DNA from: an uncultured Alphaproteobacteria bacterium
GTDB lineage: Bacteria; Pseudomonadota; Alphaproteobacteria; SP197
Direction of reading: 5' to 3'
Assembly (NCBI GenBank): GCA_938048755.1
Contig: CALIUG010000218.1
Location: 1 to 60,823 of the forward strand
Length of the DNA stretch: 60,823 nt
In this document: positions 10,220-18,381 of the stretch, one piece after another
Layout of the letters: every line of letters starts with the position of its first letter
Numbering within the stretch: position 1 is the first letter of the stretch
Position numbers and translations under genes: made by a program
Notes under the pieces: generated by a model
What the model was told of the DNA's origin: nothing
The model's input: the letters and a program-made list of their open reading frames with translations, nothing else
Database searches by the model: none

Positions 10220-11429
10220 GGTGCGGTCCAATCAACCAGCCACTGGTCCATGACCAGAAGATTCCGGTAGGGAACGGGCGGCGTGACCATGTCCAGCGGC
10301 ACCGGCACTCCGGTCGCTTCGGCCAGATCGAAGGCTTCGGTACCTTCGCTGTTGATGGCGGTCAGCAGGAAACTTTCGAAAACATAGGGCAGTCCGTCGG
10401 CATTCAGAGCCGAGGGCCCGTCCATGACATGGAGATGCAGATGCGGCGCGATAGTGTTGCCGCTATTGCCGATCAGGCCCAGAACGTCACCCTTGGCCAC
10501 CTGATCACCTTCCTTCACGGCTACGCTGCCGGGCGCAAAGTGGGCATAGAGCACATAGACGCCTTCGCTGATCTTCAGCACCACGTGGTTGCCGTCGGCC
10601 TCCTGGAAGGCAAGGCCTTCGGGCGCTTCACCGGGCACCTGATCGTCAAAAATGTCGACGGCAGCGACGACCAGGCCATCAGCCACGGCCAGGGCCGGTT
10701 TGCCATAGATGACATAGTTCTCGGGCACGGAAAGGTCGCCGGTGACCAGACGGCCCGAGGCATCGACCTGTTCCCAGTCGATCGCGAACCGTTGCGCCAG
10801 CCGCAGGCGCCCGTTGATCGGCAGTAGGGCACGGATATGGCGAATGGCATCACAACAGCCATCGGCGGCGAGGTAGTTTTTTCCAATAAAGGGAGCGCCC
10901 AGAACCGGCACATCCAAGGGCACGACATCCATGGCGTGAACGGGAATCTCGAGGCCTTCGCCCATGCCCTCAAGATCGACCGTCAGGCGATGATGGCGCA
11001 GTGCAGTGCAGTGGGAGCCGGCTGGTCGGCGGGAACGGCAACATGCATGAACAGAACGCCGTACCTGCCGCCCTCCAGGCTGTCGCTGTTATTGCCACGG
11101 CGACCGTCACGTTCAAAGCGCCACATGATGGCATCGGGATCCAGGGTTGCCAGAACCGTGGTGCCGTCCTGCGCAAAGACCTCGACTTCCCGGAGCGTCG
11201 CCAGGCCGCTGGTGATGTTCGTGATGACCAGCTCATAAACCAGATGGTTGGCGCCATCAGCACCCGGTGTGAGGTGGATCGGTGCCAGGCTGTCAGCAAG
11301 CACCAGGGTGAAAACTGGATCATCCCCGTCTGCCCGTGGATGGCTTGCCACGCCCAGGATCAGCAGCCCTATTGCAAGGGCAAGGCCATGCCTGGTCAGC
11401 GAGGCGCGGCAAATCAGCAGCTTGATCAT
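10216..11429 (-). pseudogene. M23-family metallopeptidase, frameshifted at (GCAGT)x3 10998-11012
   Basis: N-terminal signal/TM from ATG 11429. C-terminal GNSGNTIAPHLHLH. Removing one 5-bp unit joins the two frames (...PTALRHHRLTVDLEGMGEG...). Confidence 0.8.
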
Positions 11430-11617
11430 GATTACGACCCAAGATTGCGGAAATTCTGCAGGTCGGTGTCCTGCAGTACTCCAGATGTGAATCAGCCCCT
11501 GCGGCAGAGCATGCCCCCGTTGCACGGGGGTTACCAGCCTAAGGGACCACAATAGGTTCAGGCGCCCAACATGGCGTTATCGGAGAAGGGTTGACGGGTT
11601 ATTGCGGAGCAGAGAAA

Positions 11618-12604
11618 TCAGCCGGATTTTCGCTGCCCCACGTCCTGGGGCAAGGCATCGACCATGGCGCGGATGTGTTCGATGGTGGTGCCACAGCATC
11701 CGCCGATGATCTGGACGCCTGCCTCGACGTAACCACGGCACGCATCGGCAAATTCGGCTGGCGTGGCGCTCGCGTCCACATGACCTTCCTTGCGATCCGG
11801 GCGCAGGGTTTCGGGATAAGCCATGACCGGGCCGTCCCAGTGTTTGAACAGGACTTCAAGGCCAGGCTCGGTCGCTTCGATGGTGCTGTGCATGATGCCG
11901 AAGACATCACCGCCGATGGCCTTGAGGCTGGCGATGATCTCGCCGAGGTCGAGTGCATCACCGGGCTGGTAGTCGTCTCCGATGTTATGGGGCTCTTCCC
12001 GGGCCGGGTCCCAGCCGATCACGCGTCCGTCGTCGGTGACGCTGCAACTCAGGCCGACCCAAACGGGCAGACCCGTGGCAACAGCGGCTTCCAGGCACAG
12101 GCTGGCGCGTTCGACATCGCGCATCATCTCCAGAATCAGGAGATCGGCGCCTGCCTCGGCCAGAACATCGGCCATCTCGCGTTGATTGGCGGCTTCCTGT
12201 TTGGGTGTGGGGAAAAACTCTGGGTCGGGACTGACGGTGCCTTCGATCCAGGCCGTCATGTTGGACATGGAGCCTGCCACGGCCACGGGCCGGCTGGCGG
12301 CAACATTGTCGCGCGCCTGACGCGCCAGTTCGACCGCGCGCGTGTTGATCGCCACGGTCTGATCTTCCAGGCCTGCGCCGGCCAGCACATGGCGGCAGGT
12401 CGCAAAGGTGTTGGCGGTGATCACATCGGCACCGGCGCGCGCATATTCCTCATGCACCAGACGTACGGTGTTGGGGTGGGTCATGTTGGCCAGCGCACAC
12501 CAGGCCTTGCCGCTCATCTCGCCGCCCAGACGGGCGATTTCGCTGCCTGTTGCGCCATCAAGCACAATGACGGCCCCCGACTCGAGCTTGTCCTGCAGAA
12601 TCAT
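11618..12604 (-). CDS. Homocysteine S-methyltransferase family protein
   Basis: VLDGATGSEI, AGADVITANTF, IIGGCCG. Start at ATG 12604. Confidence 0.88.
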   Translation of the reverse strand: MILQDKLESGAVIVLDGATGSEIARLGGEMSGKAWCALANMTHPNTVRLVHEEYARAGADVITANTFATCRHVLAGAGLEDQTVAINTRAVELARQARDNVAASRPVAVAGSMSNMTAWIEGTVSPDPEFFPTPKQEAANQREMADVLAEAGADLLILEMMRDVERASLCLEAAVATGLPVWVGLSCSVTDDGRVIGWDPAREEPHNIGDDYQPGDALDLGEIIASLKAIGGDVFGIMHSTIEATEPGLEVLFKHWDGPVMAYPETLRPDRKEGHVDASATPAEFADACRGYVEAGVQIIGGCCGTTIEHIRAMVDALPQDVGQRKSG

Positions 12605-12763
12605 GTCCCGGCTTCCCCAAAAAGCACTGCCCCGACCGGGCCTCTCCCCAAAAGAGGCCCCGACGCTCAAGATTATCACAGGCAAACGGTGATTGTGGAA
12701 GAAGTCTGTTCGGCTCGAAACTGCCGGGCTAAGGTTGTCACCGGACAGTAAGAGGTCTGCGCC

Positions 12764-13708
12764 ATGACGCTTCAGAAGGTAAGTCCCGATACATCACTCG
12801 ATGCAATGTCTGCCATCATCGAATCCGACGGCTGTCTGGTAATCGAGAAACTGGCGCCGGACCTGGTGGCGCACGCCAAGGCCGAGCTTGACGACCACAT
12901 CGAGTCAGCCCCCTTCGGCCCCGGCAATTTTGCTGGAGAGCATGCCAAGAATGTCGAAGGTCTGGTCGGCAAATCCCAAGCCGCCCATCAGCTGATCATC
13001 CATGACACCGTGATGGCGCTGTGCGACCGTATCCTGCTGCCAAACTGCGTGCGTTATCAGGTGAACTATACCGGTATCATGCATCTGGAACCCGGCACAA
13101 TAGCCCAGCACGTCCATCGCGACGGGGATATGTACCCGTTCCGTCACCCCTGCCCTCCGGCCATTCTGGCGACCATGTGGGCGGGAACCGATTTCACGAA
13201 GGCCAATGGCGGCACCCAGATTGTTCCCGGCAGCCATCTCTGGGAGCATGGCCGTCAGGCCCGCCCTGATGAGATCGAGTATGCCGAAATGCCGGCAGGT
13301 TCGATCCTGGTCTATCTGGGCGGCCTGATTCACGGCGGCGGCGCCAACATCTCCAACACCAAACGTACCGGCATTTCCGTGCAGTACAGCCTGGGCTGGT
13401 TGCGCCAGGAGGAAAACCTGCACTTTGCCGTGCCTCCGGAACTGGCGAAAACCCTGCCCGACCGGTTGGCACGTCTGGTGGGCTACGACTTCGGCGGACC
13501 GTTCTGTGGTTTCGTCCATGGCGATGACCCCCATCGCCTGATCGAGGACACACCCTTGAGCGAACGTTGCCACACCTATCCTGAACTCAACGAGCGTGCT
13601 GCCTCGCTGCAGCGTTTCCGTTGGGGTGACATCGAACCGGCGCCGACGCCGCCGGAATCCAAGGTTGCCGAAAAACTCCCCTACAATTCTGTCGCGGACA
13701 TGAACTAG
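12764..13708 (+). CDS. PhyH-family dioxygenase (copy 5)
   Basis: VHRDG, DFTKANGGT, IHGGGAN, LGWLRQEEN. Confidence 0.9.
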   Translation: MTLQKVSPDTSLDAMSAIIESDGCLVIEKLAPDLVAHAKAELDDHIESAPFGPGNFAGEHAKNVEGLVGKSQAAHQLIIHDTVMALCDRILLPNCVRYQVNYTGIMHLEPGTIAQHVHRDGDMYPFRHPCPPAILATMWAGTDFTKANGGTQIVPGSHLWEHGRQARPDEIEYAEMPAGSILVYLGGLIHGGGANISNTKRTGISVQYSLGWLRQEENLHFAVPPELAKTLPDRLARLVGYDFGGPFCGFVHGDDPHRLIEDTPLSERCHTYPELNERAASLQRFRWGDIEPAPTPPESKVAEKLPYNSVADMN

Positions 13709-13720
13709 GGAATAAGGCCG

Positions 13721-14668
13721 ATGCCTACGCTTAACCTGCACGCGCCCGATACCCCAGCCGATCAGCTGCACGCTTCGCTGATGGAACAGGGTTACCTCAT
13801 CATCGAGGAACTCGCAGTCGATCAGGCAGCGAAGGTGTCGGCGGAACTGGCGGAGGATATCGAAGCCGCACCCTTTGGCCATGACGCGTTCCTGGGGCCA
13901 CGCACCAAACGGCTGGGACGTGTCCTTGCTCGCTCTCCCGCAGCGCGGGAACTGGCGATCCACCCCACGGTCATGGCCCTGTGTGATGCCACGCTGCTTC
14001 CCAATGCCTGCAACTACCAGCTCAACTTCACCGGCATCATGCATCTCGAACCCGGTGCCAAGGCACAGGCCCTGCACCGGGATGGCCTGATCTATCCGTT
14101 TCGCCAACCCTGCCCGCCGATGATCATGCCGGCCATGTGGGCGCTTTCGGAATTCACGGCAGAGAATGGCGGCACGCAGATCGCTCCGGGCAGTCATGTC
14201 TGGGAACACGACCGCGCACCGTTTCCCGATGAAGTGGTGAATACGGCCATGCCTGCGGGATCCGTGCTGCTATATCTGGGCGGCACCTGGCATGGCGGCG
14301 GCGACAACCATTCCAGCACGGTGCGCACCGGCCTTGCCCTGCAATACAGCCTCTCCTGGCTGCGCCAGGAAGAAAACCAGTACCTTGCCAACCCGCCGGA
14401 AGTCGCCAGGGACTATCCCGAGCGGTTGCGCCGGCTTATCGGTTACGATTTTGGCGGGCCGTATCTTGGATTCCATAACGGCGATGATCCCCACCGCGTG
14501 TTCGAGCCCGATTATGACGGTCCACCCATGCGCTCGCGTCCCGAGCTTGATGCGCGATCGACCAACAATACGCTTTTGCGGGTTGGCGATGTCGAGGCCG
14601 TGCCGACACCCGACCGCAAAGGCGAGCGCGTTGCGGCCTTGTCGCGCCAGCCAAAGATCGAAACCTGA
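13721..14668 (+). CDS. PhyH-family dioxygenase (copy 6)
   Basis: LHRDG, EFTAENGGT, WHGGGDN, LSWLRQEEN. Confidence 0.9.
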   Translation: MPTLNLHAPDTPADQLHASLMEQGYLIIEELAVDQAAKVSAELAEDIEAAPFGHDAFLGPRTKRLGRVLARSPAARELAIHPTVMALCDATLLPNACNYQLNFTGIMHLEPGAKAQALHRDGLIYPFRQPCPPMIMPAMWALSEFTAENGGTQIAPGSHVWEHDRAPFPDEVVNTAMPAGSVLLYLGGTWHGGGDNHSSTVRTGLALQYSLSWLRQEENQYLANPPEVARDYPERLRRLIGYDFGGPYLGFHNGDDPHRVFEPDYDGPPMRSRPELDARSTNNTLLRVGDVEAVPTPDRKGERVAALSRQPKIET

Positions 14669-14684
14669 ACAGGGAGACAAAGCC

Positions 14685-15038
14685 ATGTCCGGCATCCGTT
14701 ACGTCAAACCCGCCGACCGTGTGTTCGAGCAGATCGGTGGGCCGCCCGGAAAGATCACCGTCGCGCGCGATGTCTCCAAGAACGAAAGCGAGACCTTCGG
14801 TGCCTCGGTCGGCACCTTCGAGAACTGCGAGATGGAATGGACCGTCCTTTATGACGAGTACATCTACATCCTCGAAGGCAAGCTGAACCTTGAAACCAAA
14901 GAGGGCACCTTCGACATGGAGCCCGGCGACGGAATCTGGCTGCCCAACGGAAGCTGGATGATCTACCGCGCCGAATACGCCAAGGCGGTGATCGTCGTGC
15001 ACCCGGTCAACTGGCGCGATATCCACGGTATCGCCTGA
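14685..15038 (+). CDS. EutQ-like cupin
   Basis: RBS GGGAGA, EWTVLYDEYIYILEG, PGDGIWLPNG. Confidence 0.8.
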   Translation: MSGIRYVKPADRVFEQIGGPPGKITVARDVSKNESETFGASVGTFENCEMEWTVLYDEYIYILEGKLNLETKEGTFDMEPGDGIWLPNGSWMIYRAEYAKAVIVVHPVNWRDIHGIA

Positions 15039-15061
15039 GCCAAGGACCGGCAGCGGCGTTC

Positions 15062-15682
15062 TTAGTACATCGTCTTTTTCATGCGTTCGGGATACTCGGC
15101 ATCATAGGCCGCACCGTCGAAGGGTTCAGGCGACAGGGCCTGGGCCATCTGGCCCGCTGTGGGCAGGCTTGCACGGTCGATGCGGGCATCGGGATCCCAC
15201 AGACGCGAGCGGGCAAGCGCCTTCTGGCACTGGAAGTAGATACGTTCGACCGTGACCACGATGACGCTGCTGGCGGCCTTGCCCTGCATGGCGAAATCCG
15301 CACACAGCTCCGGGTCGGTCGAGATCACGGCGCGCCCGTTGATGCGCATGGTCTCGCCAACGCCCGGAATGAGAAACAGCAGAGAGATGCGCGGGTCCAC
15401 AACCAGGTTCCTCAGGGTATCGAGCCGGTTGTTGCCGCGCCGGTCGGGCAGCATGACGGTCTTGCGGTCCACGACCCGCACGAACCCTGCGGGATCGCCA
15501 CGCGGTGAACAATCGAGGCCCCCGGGACCACAGCTTGCCACGGCACAGAAGGGCGAGGCCTCGATGAAGGCGCGATAGTGATCGCTGATGTGGTCAAGTT
15601 CCTTGATGAGTGAGGTCTTGACCGGCTCGCCATAGAGCGCTTCGAGTTCCGCGACTGACTCAATGGTGTGGGGTGCTGGCAT
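15062..15682 (-). CDS. Pyridoxamine 5'-phosphate oxidase-like FMN-binding protein
   Basis: DCSPRGDP, PDRRGNNRLDTLRN, YFQCQKAL. Confidence 0.85.
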   Translation of the reverse strand: MPAPHTIESVAELEALYGEPVKTSLIKELDHISDHYRAFIEASPFCAVASCGPGGLDCSPRGDPAGFVRVVDRKTVMLPDRRGNNRLDTLRNLVVDPRISLLFLIPGVGETMRINGRAVISTDPELCADFAMQGKAASSVIVVTVERIYFQCQKALARSRLWDPDARIDRASLPTAGQMAQALSPEPFDGAAYDAEYPERMKKTMY

Positions 15683-15799
15683 GGTGGTGGTCTCCGGTTC
15701 CGGTGCGGCGATGCTGGCGCATTAGTTACAGCGTGAGGGCGCGATGGACCAGAGGCACGGTGCCGGAGCACAGATGTGCGAATCTGACATCTCAGAAAT

Positions 15800-16067
15800 G
15801 TGTCACCCCGGACAAGCGGCTACAGCCGCGCCGATCCGGGGCCTCGAAAGGCGTGCGCCGAACGTTCGAGATCCCGGCTCTCCCGATGGTCGGCCGGGAT
15901 GACACTTTTTTGGGTGGTTGCTACAGGCACCCTGCACCGCTGGTGAGCAGGCAATCGGCGGCGAGAGCGCAGCGGCCGCCGACCGGTGCGGCCGCACCGG
16001 CGGGCCGGTCAGGCCCGGAAGCCAAACGAGCGGAGCGAGCGCCCGGCGCCTGAGGGAACAGACAAAA
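15800..16067 (-). repeat. Family-A REP (15800-15905) plus inverted left arm/TIR of the composite element
   Basis: 15915-16060 is the reverse complement of the arms at 5771-5913 and 22637-22780, and is near-identical to 60626-60767. Confidence 0.8.
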
Positions 16068-16102
16068 TCATTGGAGCGTGTCCACAGCCTGTGCGGTCGC
16101 GA

Positions 16103-16783
16103 CTATCGGGTCTGGCGTGCGGCCCGGGCGGCGGCTTCCAGGCCGGCGGGGCGGTCGGCAACCTTGAAACCGGCCAGGGCCAGAATGTCGATCAGCAGGC
16201 GGTCATCGAGCTCCTGCAGGCGATCGTCGGCCAGTCCGGAAAGCACCAGATCGGCGTGACCGTGCAGGCGCGCCCAGATCAACAGGCCGAGCTGTTCTGA
16301 ATCAAAGGTTCCGATGCTGGGACGGTTGAGTTCGCGGTTGGCTACAGCCAGGCGGATCAGCTCGGCGGGCCGATGCACCAGGATCTCGGCTGCCAGGCCC
16401 GAGGCCTGGTCACCACGGTTGCTGGCGTTATAGGCATAAAGTGAGCGATAGACCTCGCCCTGCTCGCGGGCGAACTGCAGGTAGTAACGGCAGCGGCGCG
16501 ACAGGCAGCCCGCCATGCTTTCTGGCACCAGGCTCGCCAGGCCTTCGGCCTCACGATCCTGTTCGACATGGGCCAGCATGATGCCCAGTTCAGCCAGATG
16601 ACGGCTGCGGATTTCTGCGCCGATGGCATCCACGCCGCCGGGGAAATAGCGATAGATCGCTCCCGGTGCGCATTCCAGCTGTTTGCAAAGCTTGCGCACG
16701 GTCCAGTCGGTCGAAACGCTGTCGCGGATCAACGCTTCGGCCGTTGTCACGATACGGTCAGCAGATAGTGCTGCACGTGCCAC
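16103..16783 (-). CDS. TetR/AcrR-family transcriptional regulator (WHG-like C-terminus)
   Basis: HTH TVRKLCKQLECAPGAIYRYF, C-terminal WARLHG. GTG 16783 follows GGGGGA. Confidence 0.8.
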   Translation of the reverse strand: MARAALSADRIVTTAEALIRDSVSTDWTVRKLCKQLECAPGAIYRYFPGGVDAIGAEIRSRHLAELGIMLAHVEQDREAEGLASLVPESMAGCLSRRCRYYLQFAREQGEVYRSLYAYNASNRGDQASGLAAEILVHRPAELIRLAVANRELNRPSIGTFDSEQLGLLIWARLHGHADLVLSGLADDRLQELDDRLLIDILALAGFKVADRPAGLEAAARAARQTR

Positions 16784-17040
16784 AGTGTTATCCCCCCAGA
16801 GCAGGCCCGCTTCCCGTTGAAACGCGTGTTCTGCCCTGACCAAATCATTCTGAAGCCGTTTCGCGGTACGTGTTCGCATGACACGCCTGAACAGGCCCCG
16901 ATCCCCTTGGCGCAGGCTTTTGAAGCCTGCTACCGTCCGGGCAATATACTAGTGAACCACGTTCACGGTGCAAGACGGTGTCCCAGGCGGCGCCTTCCCG
17001 ATGCACGCAACACCTTGATATCATGTGGAAAATCAGATTC

Positions 17041-17868
17041 ATGGAAGAAGGTGTCACGGTATCGGGGTTCATCCACCAGGCCATCCACAGGGCGCGCGGG
17101 CTGATTCGCCGAGTCGCGGCAATCCTCCTGGTTTGTGGTGCCGTGAGCTCCGGAAACGCCGATGAGACCGACAGGCTGGTGGTCTTTGCCGCGGCCAGCA
17201 CGGCCGAAGCGGTAACGGCCTTTGCCGCAGCCTTCACGGAAGAAACCGGTATCGAAGTGGTCGTTTCCACCGCATCGAGCGCCTCCCTGGCGCGCCAGAT
17301 CGACCATGGCGCGCCTGCCGATGTCTACCTCTCGGCCAACCCCGCCTGGGTCGGTTACCTCGGTGAACGGCATCTGCTGGTCCCTGGCCGCGCCATCATC
17401 GTGGCGGCCAACAGCCTGGTGGTCATCACGCCGGCCGGAGATGGGGTGGAACAAGGCACAGACTGGACGCGAACGCTGTTCAACGCCCTGGGAGAGGACG
17501 GCAGGCTCGCCCTGGGTGACCCTGCTCATGTCCCGGCAGGGGTTTACGCCCGGGAAGCATTGGAGGCAGCAGGCGTCTGGCAGGCGCTCGAACAACGCAC
17601 AGCCCGCACCGCCGACGTGCGCGGCGCACTCATTCTGGTCGCGCGCGGTGAGGCACCGGCAGGGCTGGTCTATGCCACCGATGCGCTGATCTCGTCCGAC
17701 GTCGCTGTTGTTGCAGCCGTGCCGGGTGACCTGCATGCGCCCATTGTCTATGTCGCGGCTGAAATCGCGGGCGGCAACCATGAAGCCGCGGCGTTGTTCC
17801 TCGCCATGCTGGCAGGGCCGCTGGGCACTGCAGCGTTCAGCGATGCCGGATTCTTGCCTGCGCCGTGA
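17041..17868 (+). CDS. modA: Molybdate ABC transporter substrate-binding protein
   Basis: VFAAAS, ASSASLARQI, GAPADVYLSAN, HVPAGVYA, DVRGAL, GLVYATDA. Start uncertain. Confidence 0.88.
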   Translation: MEEGVTVSGFIHQAIHRARGLIRRVAAILLVCGAVSSGNADETDRLVVFAAASTAEAVTAFAAAFTEETGIEVVVSTASSASLARQIDHGAPADVYLSANPAWVGYLGERHLLVPGRAIIVAANSLVVITPAGDGVEQGTDWTRTLFNALGEDGRLALGDPAHVPAGVYAREALEAAGVWQALEQRTARTADVRGALILVARGEAPAGLVYATDALISSDVAVVAAVPGDLHAPIVYVAAEIAGGNHEAAALFLAMLAGPLGTAAFSDAGFLPAP

Positions 17869-17880
17869 TCGCGTACCGGT

Positions 17881-18381
17881 TCAGCCTTCGACGATGAGCC
17901 GGCTGTCAGCGGTGATGGTCCCCAGAATCTCCAGGAAATCCTCGCGCGTGAAGGCGACGCAGCCTGCGGTGGGCCCCCAGTCCGGCCGAGCCAGATGCAG
18001 GAAGATCGCGCTGCCGGCACCAGGTACCGGGGGATCGTCGTTGTGGCCGACCACCACCACGAGATCATAGAGGTGATCGTCGCGCCACATTTCCTCATGA
18101 CTTGCGCCAAAGGGCAGTGTCACCGGGCGGTTGTAGTCGGCATGAGCCGGGTCATCGCACCAGCCGTCCTCGGGTCGGATGACTTCGACCGGCAGCGTGC
18201 AGGCCGGGGCCTCTTCGCGATCGGGACGGTAGAGCAGACGGCGCAGGGGCCATGTGCCCACAGGCGTGCCGCCATCGCCTTCGCGTTTGTCGGTGACGAT
18301 GCCGCCGGAACCAAGGACGCAGCGATAGCGTTGTTCGCCAAGCCGGCAGGTGCCATCTGCGCCGACCAGAAGGTCGCTCAC
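17881..18381 (-). CDS. YkuD-like L,D-transpeptidase family protein
   Basis: KREGDGGTP, GSAIFLH...PTAGCVA (His/Cys catalytic motif). Confidence 0.85.
   Translation of the reverse strand: MSDLLVGADGTCRLGEQRYRCVLGSGGIVTDKREGDGGTPVGTWPLRRLLYRPDREEAPACTLPVEVIRPEDGWCDDPAHADYNRPVTLPFGASHEEMWRDDHLYDLVVVVGHNDDPPVPGAGSAIFLHLARPDWGPTAGCVAFTREDFLEILGTITADSRLIVEG

Noticed and set aside
11515-11530. CCCCCGT-tgc-ACGGGGG hairpin as a terminator or riboswitch part
   Set aside because: Short stem, no clear U-tract and no recognisable aptamer. Insufficient support.
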